Source of the DNA: a candidate division FCPU426 bacterium
GTDB lineage: Bacteria > Oederibacteriota > JAJYGY01 > DAIDJD01
Length of the DNA: 46,777 nt
NCBI GenBank assembly: GCA_031365225.1
Contig: JANLXT010000059.1
Location: 1 to 46,777, forward strand
Direction of reading: 5' to 3'
The notes under the pieces: model-generated
The model's database searches: none
Told to the model about the DNA's origin: nothing
Seen by the model: the letters and a program-made list of their open reading frames with translations, nothing else
In this document: in pieces, positions 39,509 through 46,777 of the stretch
Position numbering within the stretch: the stretch's first letter is position 1
How the letters are laid out: each line of letters begins with the position of its first letter
Position numbers and translations under genes: made by a program

Positions 39509-40210
39509 ATGGACAAGCAAGTCATGGCCGCCCTCAAAGCAGCGGACTGGGACGAGGTGAGCGTCCTTGCGGAGGCTCTGCGCCAGGCTCTTTTAAACGG
39601 AGAAGCCTCCAAGGCCGACAGCAATTGGAACGCGCCCGCGGTACCCTTGGCTCTCTCGGCGACCTTGCCCGAGAAACGCTTGGGCTGGGCCATCGCCGAG
39701 GGACATGGCGGCGATCCTTGGTTGGCGGATATCCCCGCGAGCGTCGGCCTTTTGGGTGACAAGCTAGGGCGCAGTTTGGACTTGGCGCATTTGGACAGTG
39801 AAGGGGTGACCTTTTACGCCTTTAAAGTAGGCTTTGGCGGCGAAGAGATTTTTAAGGCCCTGCGCGACTTGCTGGTCCTGAGCGTCCTCTATCGGACGTT
39901 CCTGCAGAGCCCCCGTCAGTTCGGCTACAACACCGAGCGCTCGCCGCTGCGCCTGGACGAGCCCGTGCTGCGTTGGGAGCTGGTCGGCCCAAAAGACTTG
40001 ATCAATCCGCGCAAGACCGAGATGCGCTGGGGCGAGAAGGACACCTCGGGCATGCGGAACGTCATGCAGAGCTTGGGCGTGGCCAGCTTTTCGCTGGGGC
40101 GCCTGCAGGCCGAAGCGGAAGCCCTGCAAGCGAACTTGTCCAAGGACAATTTTTCAGGGGCTCGCGCGCGGCAATGGTTCGAGAATCGCGTCAGCGTCGA
40201 GATCGCCTGA
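39509..40210 (+). CDS. Hypothetical protein
   Basis: Long ORF with coding-like codon use; start taken at the ATG at 39509 to avoid overlapping mtnB. Confidence 0.6.
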   Translation: MDKQVMAALKAADWDEVSVLAEALRQALLNGEASKADSNWNAPAVPLALSATLPEKRLGWAIAEGHGGDPWLADIPASVGLLGDKLGRSLDLAHLDSEGVTFYAFKVGFGGEEIFKALRDLLVLSVLYRTFLQSPRQFGYNTERSPLRLDEPVLRWELVGPKDLINPRKTEMRWGEKDTSGMRNVMQSLGVASFSLGRLQAEAEALQANLSKDNFSGARARQWFENRVSVEIA

Positions 40211-40334
40211 GGACACGAGAATTCCGTGGATCGGCCACCAACCTGTTCCCGTCATTAATTTCTGCTAATATTATCTAGGTTCAATCAAATTCGAAACACT
40301 CCGCTCAATGGGCGGGCCATTCATGGAGACGACA

Positions 40335-40934
40335 ATGACGCGATATTTTTATTTTTTGGTGCTGCCGCTGCTGGTCTTTTGTGTGAGCGGTTGCGCGACG
40401 GTCGGTCAGATGCCGGCAAAAGCGGTTGATAAAGATCTCAAGTTCTTTGTCGGCGGGACAGCGCCCTTGCGCGAGACTGTCATCAAGGACGGGCAGATTG
40501 AGTTTGCCTTTGACACGGGCACGAGTTGGGGCACCAGCTTGGATATTGGGTTGGCGGATCAGGATTTGGTCGGCTACGGCAGTTTTACCTTCGAGCTGAA
40601 AGCGGCGGAAACGGTGGATGTCGGTGTGTTCATCGCAGAGCGCGGGGTCGCTCTGCCGACGGCGGATTTTAAGGTTTTTAAAGATGGCTCGGATGGAGAA
40701 TCTTTTATATTTACTAAAGAAGACGGAGCTCAGCGATTGCGGACGACTAACCAATGGGTGCGCTACGACCTGCCCTTGTCTCGGCGGGTGCCCAATCTGG
40801 ATTACGGCAATCAAAAGGGGAATCATCACATGGACCTGGGCGGCATCGAGAGCGTTAGCTTTTTGATCGGTGGCAAGCAGGGCAAGGGCTTGCTTGAGAT
40901 ACGCGGGCTCAAGTTTTTGCCGGCAATCAAGTAG
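40335..40934 (+). CDS. Lipoprotein with a possible galactose-binding-fold/carbohydrate-binding domain
   Basis: GGAGA SD, lipobox VSG-C, DL.GY..FTF.LK and W..Y.LPL patterns. Confidence 0.6.
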   Translation: MTRYFYFLVLPLLVFCVSGCATVGQMPAKAVDKDLKFFVGGTAPLRETVIKDGQIEFAFDTGTSWGTSLDIGLADQDLVGYGSFTFELKAAETVDVGVFIAERGVALPTADFKVFKDGSDGESFIFTKEDGAQRLRTTNQWVRYDLPLSRRVPNLDYGNQKGNHHMDLGGIESVSFLIGGKQGKGLLEIRGLKFLPAIK

Positions 40935-40987
40935 GAGCGTTCAGCATAGAGCTGCAGGATTGTACGGTGACCCCAAGAACGCTGTTG

Positions 40988-41704
40988 CTAGATCACCTGG
41001 CCCGGCGCGCCCGCTAGAAAATCCAGAAATGCCTCTGCCTGAGCCCTGCCATAAGCCTCTTGAGCCTGCCATGCTGCACGGCAAGCCCAAGCTGCCTGTT
41101 CCAAGCCGCGGGCGGGATCGAGGGGCGCTTGCAGCACTTTGGCCAGGGCTTGCTCAGCCCGCACGTCCTTCCGGGCGTATTCGCTCCAGGGACGCCAGGC
41201 GCTGAACTCGTCGTTCAAGCGTTGCATGTCGGCCTTGATCTTGGCCAGCACGCTGCGCGGCGCGGTAAAGCCCTGGCTCTCCCAGCTCAAAAAAGCATCC
41301 AGCTCTGCTAGCACAGGATGAGTCTGACGCAGGTCAGCCAGGGCCAGCAGGCCCCAGCGCCGGTCAAAAACCATCCAGCGCAGCAGCTTGGGACCCACGG
41401 GCTTGAGCTCGGACCCCGTGGGGATGGCCTTGGCGAAGCGGCTCGGCCAAGCCTTGTAATCGGGCTCGGGCAGGGCCTCAAAGAGCCCGTCCGCCAGCCG
41501 CAAGAGCTCTTCGGGCACGCCCATCTCAGCCGCTAGGCCCGCATGACCGCCGTTGGGATCCCGGGTCCAGCAGCCCACGGCGCAGCCCCTGCTCTCGGCG
41601 GCGTCCCAATACAAGCCCTTAGCATAGCGGTCCAGCTCTTGATGCTGCCGAGCGACCGCCAAGTAGCTCTTTTTAAGATCGGGTGAATCCAGATAAGCTC
41701 GCAT
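40988..41704 (-). CDS. Hypothetical protein with a GCAVGC motif
   Basis: GAGGA SD before the ATG at 41704; RGCAVGC..H..GVP..L.LAD.LFE.LP..WP.RF. Confidence 0.65.
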   Translation of the reverse strand: MRAYLDSPDLKKSYLAVARQHQELDRYAKGLYWDAAESRGCAVGCWTRDPNGGHAGLAAEMGVPEELLRLADGLFEALPEPDYKAWPSRFAKAIPTGSELKPVGPKLLRWMVFDRRWGLLALADLRQTHPVLAELDAFLSWESQGFTAPRSVLAKIKADMQRLNDEFSAWRPWSEYARKDVRAEQALAKVLQAPLDPARGLEQAAWACRAAWQAQEAYGRAQAEAFLDFLAGAPGQVI

Positions 41705-41840
41705 GCTGTCCTCGGGTCTTGGTGACAGCTCCACTCTAGCCCTTCAAACGGCTTGTGACGGTGACGGCGGACACAGCGGCGGGGTGATCTTGGACACAGA
41801 AATCTGGCTGCTTATTTGACCTGCTTTAGGAATGAAATAT

Positions 41841-41884
41841 GACAAGCTTGCTTGACACACCTCAAAAGACAAGTATACTTTACA
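41841..41884 (+). promoter_or_regulatory. Promoter with two overlapping operator repeats
   Basis: TTGACA (41852), 16-nt spacer, TATACT (41874); GACAAG-N4-CTT(G/T)ACA at 41841 and 41868. Confidence 0.7.
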
Positions 41885-41885
41885 C

Positions 41886-42083
41886 ATGAAGAATCGAATC
41901 GCAGAGCTCCGCAACAAAGCAGGCCTTTCCCAGGCCGACCTTGCAGGGAAGCTCGAAGTCTCGCGCCAGACCATCAATTCCATCGAAGTGGGCCGTTATA
42001 CCCCGTCCCTTCCTTTGGCCATGGCGCTCGCCCGCTACTTCAAGCGGCCCGTCGAGGAGGTGTTCCGCTATGAGAAAGAATAA
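41886..42083 (+). CDS. XRE-family HTH regulator
   Basis: MKNRI.ELR...SQ.DLA..L.VSRQTINSIE.GRY.PSL.LA. Confidence 0.92.
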   Translation: MKNRIAELRNKAGLSQADLAGKLEVSRQTINSIEVGRYTPSLPLAMALARYFKRPVEEVFRYEKE

Positions 42084-42465
42084 GAAGAAGGGCCCCAACA
42101 TAAGGCTGCGAGCAGCCGTATTCGCTTTCTTTGGCGGGCTGGTCATGGCCGGCGCTGCTTATCTCGGATTCGATGGCAACCTGGCTTTGGCGGCCTCACA
42201 GCTGGTCATCCTCTGGTCCGTAGGGCTGTGGATCTATTTTGGCAAGAGCGACCTTGTCGAGACGATGCGGCAAACGGATGAGCGCCAAAAGCAGATCGTG
42301 GGGCATGCGCGTGAATACACGCTGGAGATCATGGGAGTGGTCATCCTGTGCGACGCCCTCTACGAGATCGCGAGCGGGAAAGCCTTTGGCCCTTTTATAG
42401 CGCTAGGGAGCCTGACTGGACTTGTTTTCCTTGTCTCGATACTGGTGCTGCGGGCGAAGAGTTAA
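42070..42465 (+). CDS. Small membrane protein (DUF2178-like)
   Basis: Four TM helices, DERQ..I...A motif; overlaps the XRE gene end. Confidence 0.7.
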   Translation: MRKNKKKGPNIRLRAAVFAFFGGLVMAGAAYLGFDGNLALAASQLVILWSVGLWIYFGKSDLVETMRQTDERQKQIVGHAREYTLEIMGVVILCDALYEIASGKAFGPFIALGSLTGLVFLVSILVLRAKS

Positions 42466-42627
42466 AGGGGAGCCGCTGTGCAACGGCTAAAACCTCTATC
42501 CTCATAGAAATAAAAAGGGCGCTGCCGAGGCTGTAGGTGCCGCTGCCGGTCTTGTCGCCGGGCCGACTTAGGCCATAATCGGAGCATGTTAAGATGTGCC
42601 ATCCGCTACGCTCGATTCGGAGTTCGC

Positions 42628-43446
42628 ATGCCCAGATCCCTGCTCTTTATCCTCGCGATGGGTACCGCCATGACCGTACACGCCGCCAGCCCCTGGCCCC
42701 GGGGCAGCCAGGCTGCCGTCTCGCTGACCTATGACGACAGCCCCCTCTCGCATCTGCAGAACGCCGTCCCGGCCCTGGACCGCCAGCGACTGAAAGGGAC
42801 CTTCTTCATCAATCCCGGGCAACAGCCCTTCAGGGATAATAGAGCGGCTTGGGCCAAGGTGGCGGGGAGCGGGCACGAAGTAGCCAGCCACACTTTCACG
42901 CACCCTTGCTGCCGAGATTTTTCTTTTGTGCCCAAGGGGCAGGGTCTTGAAGACCTGAACCGTTCGCAGATGGCCGCCCAGCTGGATGACACGATCGCGG
43001 CTTTGAAGGGCATCGGGGTCACAAGCATGGCCTCTTTCGCCTATCCTTGCGGGCAGGGCTATTTTGGCGAGAAAAAAGAATCCTACATACCCCTGCTGCG
43101 CACCCGCCATCTTTACGCCCGGGGCGTGGGCCAACCCGATCGCTTCAATGCGGATCGTTCTAAGCTGGACCCCTACGCCATCTCGTCGGTCGATGGTGCC
43201 AAGACCTTGGCCGAGCTCGAAACCCTGGCAGAGCAAGCGGCGGCGCAGGGTGGTTGGTTGGTGTTCTACTTCCATGGCGTGGGTGGGGATCACCTGGCGG
43301 TGGACGGACAGGTGCACGAACAATTTCTTAAATACCTGGCGGCTAATCCCAAGCGCTATTGGGTGGCGCCCTTTGTCGAGGTGGGGGATAGGGTCTTTGC
43401 AAAAAAAAGCCCGGCCAAGAAGGCCGGGCGTAAGAAGTTATTGTGA
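42628..43446 (+). CDS. Polysaccharide deacetylase (NodB/CE4) family protein
   Basis: SLTYDD, GTFF, GHEVASHTFTH, FAYPCG, FHG motifs; signal peptide. Confidence 0.9.
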   Translation: MPRSLLFILAMGTAMTVHAASPWPRGSQAAVSLTYDDSPLSHLQNAVPALDRQRLKGTFFINPGQQPFRDNRAAWAKVAGSGHEVASHTFTHPCCRDFSFVPKGQGLEDLNRSQMAAQLDDTIAALKGIGVTSMASFAYPCGQGYFGEKKESYIPLLRTRHLYARGVGQPDRFNADRSKLDPYAISSVDGAKTLAELETLAEQAAAQGGWLVFYFHGVGGDHLAVDGQVHEQFLKYLAANPKRYWVAPFVEVGDRVFAKKSPAKKAGRKKLL

Positions 43447-43457
43447 GGGAGCGGAGC

Positions 43458-44987
43458 TCACTGCAGCTTCTTCGGTGGATGTTCTCTTAAGAACAGATAG
43501 CGTGCTCGATGTTCATCTTTTTTGGCGGTTGCGTCTGGCGTCAGGTGCATGACGCTGTAGTTGGTCTTGGCCTGATAGGCCGGCCATTTGGGAAGTCCCT
43601 TGCCGTTAGGATCACCCCGCTTCGCGAAGTTGCTCCAGTAATCCATCATCAAGCTAGAGACCTTGCGGTGCTCAGGGCCCCAAGCGGGCGCGTCCTTGAT
43701 CAGATCCAGGGTCCCAAAGACGTAGGGGATCTCTTGGGCGTGGTTGGCAGTGTCCTTGCCTGGGGTGGGTTGGTCAAAGCGGTAGCGATAGGCCTTGGCT
43801 TTGGGTGTCGTGACTTGAGCTTCTAGCCAGCTCCATGTCGAATAGCCGATAAAGCCGTCCCCGGCAAAGTCCTGGGCTGAGCGCATGGCTTCTTCTTTGG
43901 TGTTGCCGGGATAGACCTTGAGGAAGGCGTCGGCGTGCTCGTCAAAGAGCAACTTGGCACGCTCAGCGTAGTTTTTGGGTGAGGGCTCTTGACCCGAGAA
44001 GAAGGATTGATAACCGCCCTCATCTTTGTTCCAACCAGCCAACAGCGGCACCTTGGCTTGCCGACCCTTGGCAAAGATCTCGCTGGCCTGCGCGGGCATA
44101 AAGGCTCCATCCAGGCAGGCATTAAAGCGGAAAGGGGCTTTGGCTGTGACCTTGAGCAGCTCAGTCGCGCTGAGTGCGCGTAGTTCTTTGAGACTGGTCT
44201 TGCCAAGCTCTTGGCCCAGCTTCTCGCCGTCTGCCTCAGCTTCAGCCCGGGGCTTCAGCGCCCGGGCGTCGCCAAAAAATGCCCCGCTTTGGCCGATGGC
44301 TTTGTGAAAGAGCCCTTTGGACTGAGGGCTGGCCATGTGGGCCGAGACCGAGAAGGACCCGGCGGATTCGCCGAAGATGGTGACGTTCTTAGGATCGCCG
44401 CCAAAGGCCTTGATGTTGCGCTGCACCCAACGCAGGGCCGCAGCTTGGTCCATGAGCCCGTAATTGCCAGAGGCGCCGCTGGCTTCTTTGGCCAGCGCTG
44501 GATGCGCGAAGAAGCCAAAGATGTTCAGCCGATAATTCATGCTGACCACGACCACACCTTTTTTAGAAAGAGCTTCGCCGTCCTGACGCCGCTCTGAGCT
44601 ACCGCCGACCCCTAAGCCACCGCCGTGGATCCAGACCATGATCGGGACCTGCTTGGCTTGCGCGGGCGCCCAGACATTCAGCGTCAGGCAGTCTTCGGAC
44701 ATCTCTGGGTCACGGAACGTGATGTCGTCCCAGACCATGTGCTGCATGGGATGCTTGCCGAACTGCTCTGCCTTAAGTACTCCTGACCAAGGGGGGGCTT
44801 CTTGGGGCGCTTTCCAACGCAGCTCACCCACGGGCTGGGCCGCGTAGGGGATGCCTAAGAAGGTGTTTGTCTTGCCATCGGCGCTCTGCAGGCCCTGGAT
44901 CTGGCCCTTGTCGGTCGTGACCAGGGGGGCCGAAACTAAGGGGCTCGCGAGCACGAGAGCGGCCATGAAAAGTGACTTAAAGAGCAT
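43458..44987 (-). CDS. Type B carboxylesterase
   Basis: FLGIPYA, SEDCLTLNVW, HGGG, FGESAG nucleophile, signal peptide. Confidence 0.93.
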   Translation of the reverse strand: MLFKSLFMAALVLASPLVSAPLVTTDKGQIQGLQSADGKTNTFLGIPYAAQPVGELRWKAPQEAPPWSGVLKAEQFGKHPMQHMVWDDITFRDPEMSEDCLTLNVWAPAQAKQVPIMVWIHGGGLGVGGSSERRQDGEALSKKGVVVVSMNYRLNIFGFFAHPALAKEASGASGNYGLMDQAAALRWVQRNIKAFGGDPKNVTIFGESAGSFSVSAHMASPQSKGLFHKAIGQSGAFFGDARALKPRAEAEADGEKLGQELGKTSLKELRALSATELLKVTAKAPFRFNACLDGAFMPAQASEIFAKGRQAKVPLLAGWNKDEGGYQSFFSGQEPSPKNYAERAKLLFDEHADAFLKVYPGNTKEEAMRSAQDFAGDGFIGYSTWSWLEAQVTTPKAKAYRYRFDQPTPGKDTANHAQEIPYVFGTLDLIKDAPAWGPEHRKVSSLMMDYWSNFAKRGDPNGKGLPKWPAYQAKTNYSVMHLTPDATAKKDEHRARYLFLREHPPKKLQ

Positions 44988-45080
44988 GGGGGACCTCTAG
45001 AGAATTAAGTTAAGATAAATAGAGTAGCACGCCAAGCAGAGCAGAGTCAGGCTGGATTTTCGAGAGGGAACCGCGCCAAG

Positions 45081-45716
45081 ATGCAGTGGAAAGTGTTGAT
45101 CCAAGAAGAGTCAGCCAAGGACTATCACCGGGCCCTGCGCGCGAAGCTGGTCAAGGCCAAGGACGCCTGCCCGCCCAAGGCCAACATCTACCGGGCGCTG
45201 AAGCTGACGCCTTTTGAAAATGTGAAGGTGGTCATCCTGGGCCAGGATCCCTACCATGGGGGGCAGGCTAACGGGCTGGCCTTTGCTGTGGATGCTGGTT
45301 ATCCCGTGCCACCTTCGCTGCGGAATATTTTCAAAGAGATAGAGGCTGAGTACGGCTCGAAGCCAAGCTCGCCCAGTTTAGAGCAGTGGGCCGCTCAGGG
45401 TGTGCTACTGTTGAACACGGTGCTGACGGTCCAAAAGCACCAGGCTCTCTCGCACAAAGACCTTGGTTGGCAGGCCTTCACCGATCGGGTTATCGCCGAG
45501 CTGGGCAGCGATGCGAAGCCGCGTGTCTTTATCCTGTGGGGTAGTCAGGCTCGCAGCAAGCGGGCGCTGGTGCAGGCACCCAATCTGGTCCTAGAGAGCG
45601 TGCATCCCTCACCTTTGTCGGCACATCGAGGTTTTTTTGGGTGCGGGCATTTTAAGTTAGCGAACGCCTTTTTAGAAAAGCACGGTAGGACCCCGGTGGA
45701 CTGGTTGCGCGCGTGA
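45081..45716 (+). CDS. ung: Uracil-DNA glycosylase
   Basis: GQDPYH, PPSL.NI, GVLLLN, HPSPLS motifs. Confidence 0.96.
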   Translation: MQWKVLIQEESAKDYHRALRAKLVKAKDACPPKANIYRALKLTPFENVKVVILGQDPYHGGQANGLAFAVDAGYPVPPSLRNIFKEIEAEYGSKPSSPSLEQWAAQGVLLLNTVLTVQKHQALSHKDLGWQAFTDRVIAELGSDAKPRVFILWGSQARSKRALVQAPNLVLESVHPSPLSAHRGFFGCGHFKLANAFLEKHGRTPVDWLRA

Positions 45717-45749
45717 GTAGGCGCTAGCATCTTGAAAGGTTGGTAAATC

Positions 45750-46769
45750 ATGCGATGGATCCGTTACACCAAAAGCGCCTTCAGCGAGCGCAAAATGACC
45801 GCGGGCGCGGCGTTGCCCAAACCGGTTCGCAAGGGCATGACCTGGGTGGACATCGATGCGGCTGAGCGCGGCTCTTTGCAGTCTGCGGCCAGGGCGTTTA
45901 AGATCCATCCATTGGCCCTCGAAGACGCTCTGCATCTGCACCAGCGCCCCAAGTTTGAAGATCACGGTAGCTGTTATTTTTTTGTGTTGCCCTTGCTCAG
46001 TTATCGCAAGGGTCTCAAGAGCGCCCAGATCAGTCTTTTCTTTGGTGATAGTTTTGTGGTCTCGGCCGCTTCAACCCCTGTGCCAGGTTTTGAGCTGGTT
46101 GCTGAGCGCTTGCGCCATGATCGAGCTGGTCTCAGGGGCAAAAGGGCGGATGCCTTGCTCCATTCTTTAGTCGATTCGGTCATCGATACCTATGCCGTGG
46201 TGCTCGAAAAGTTTGATGAGCGCTTTGGAGAGCTAGAAGCCATCATCGCTTCGCGCCAGCCGCAGCGGGCGGCCACGGGTTTGCGGGGCCTGCGTCTGGA
46301 TCTCTTTCACGGGCATCGCTTGCTGTTATCGTTAGAAGAGGCTTTGACGCGCCTGCACGCCGATCGCGAAGATTTTATCGAGCCTAACATGCAACCCTAT
46401 TTTCGCGACTTGATCGACCATGTGGCGCGGGCCCTGGACCACGTGGATTCTTTGCGTGAGGCGGCCGCGGACTTGATGCAGTTGCAGCATGCGGCTCTTA
46501 CCGAGCGGACCGGCGAGGCCACCCAGGTCCTGACCGTGATCGCCACGATCTTCATGCCCCTCTCGTTCATCGCCGGGGTCTATGGCATGAACTTTGATCG
46601 CGCAGCCTCCGCCTGGAACATGCCTGAGCTGGGCTGGGCCTATGGCTATCTGGCCGTGCTGGCCCTGATGCTCTCGGTGGCCTTGGGCATGCTCTTTTTC
46701 TTTCGCCGCCGGGGTTGGCTGGGACAAGGCCTGTTCTGGCGTAAGGGAAAGCCAAAGAGGCTTGTTTAG
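45750..46769 (+). CDS. corA: Magnesium/cobalt transporter CorA
   Basis: IHPLALED, QRPK.E, YFRD..DH, GVYGMNF, MPEL motifs. Confidence 0.95.
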   Translation: MRWIRYTKSAFSERKMTAGAALPKPVRKGMTWVDIDAAERGSLQSAARAFKIHPLALEDALHLHQRPKFEDHGSCYFFVLPLLSYRKGLKSAQISLFFGDSFVVSAASTPVPGFELVAERLRHDRAGLRGKRADALLHSLVDSVIDTYAVVLEKFDERFGELEAIIASRQPQRAATGLRGLRLDLFHGHRLLLSLEEALTRLHADREDFIEPNMQPYFRDLIDHVARALDHVDSLREAAADLMQLQHAALTERTGEATQVLTVIATIFMPLSFIAGVYGMNFDRAASAWNMPELGWAYGYLAVLALMLSVALGMLFFFRRRGWLGQGLFWRKGKPKRLV

Positions 46770-46777
46770 GCGATTCA

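Overview
Bacterial chromosomal window in three parts. (1) 1-14044: housekeeping genes (partial GT-C glycosyltransferase, purH-purD-purE-rpiB-glyA, O-antigen-ligase/TPR protein, nrdR, DsbD-like protein, K+ channel) ending in tRNA-Asn(GTT). (2) 14034-37027: a ~23 kb island integrated at the tRNA-Asn 3' end and bounded by a perfect 58-bp direct repeat. It encodes a large serine recombinase whose C-terminus reads through the att site antisense into the tRNA, so excision would swap its tail. It also carries XRE regulators (one with C-box-like operators); a secreted PQQ-propeller/NHL protein, a secreted unknown and a signal-peptide RHS toxin with immunity gene; an IS256; an anti-sigma-type kinase (5'-truncated by the IS) paired with a STAS-wHTH protein directly upstream of a type III CBASS (Cap6, Cap8, Cap7, CdnD-like, Cap4-SAVED); and a HEPN-motif protein. 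(3) 37028-46777: metabolic and housekeeping genes (MDR oxidoreductase, mtnD/mtnB, deacetylase, carboxylesterase, ung, corA) and hypotheticals. The best candidates for new biology are the kinase/STAS-wHTH control module on CBASS, the non-T6SS RHS delivery operon with an uncharacterised toxin/immunity pair, and the att-dependent recombinase C-terminal switch. All family assignments come from motif recognition by eye; no searches were run.
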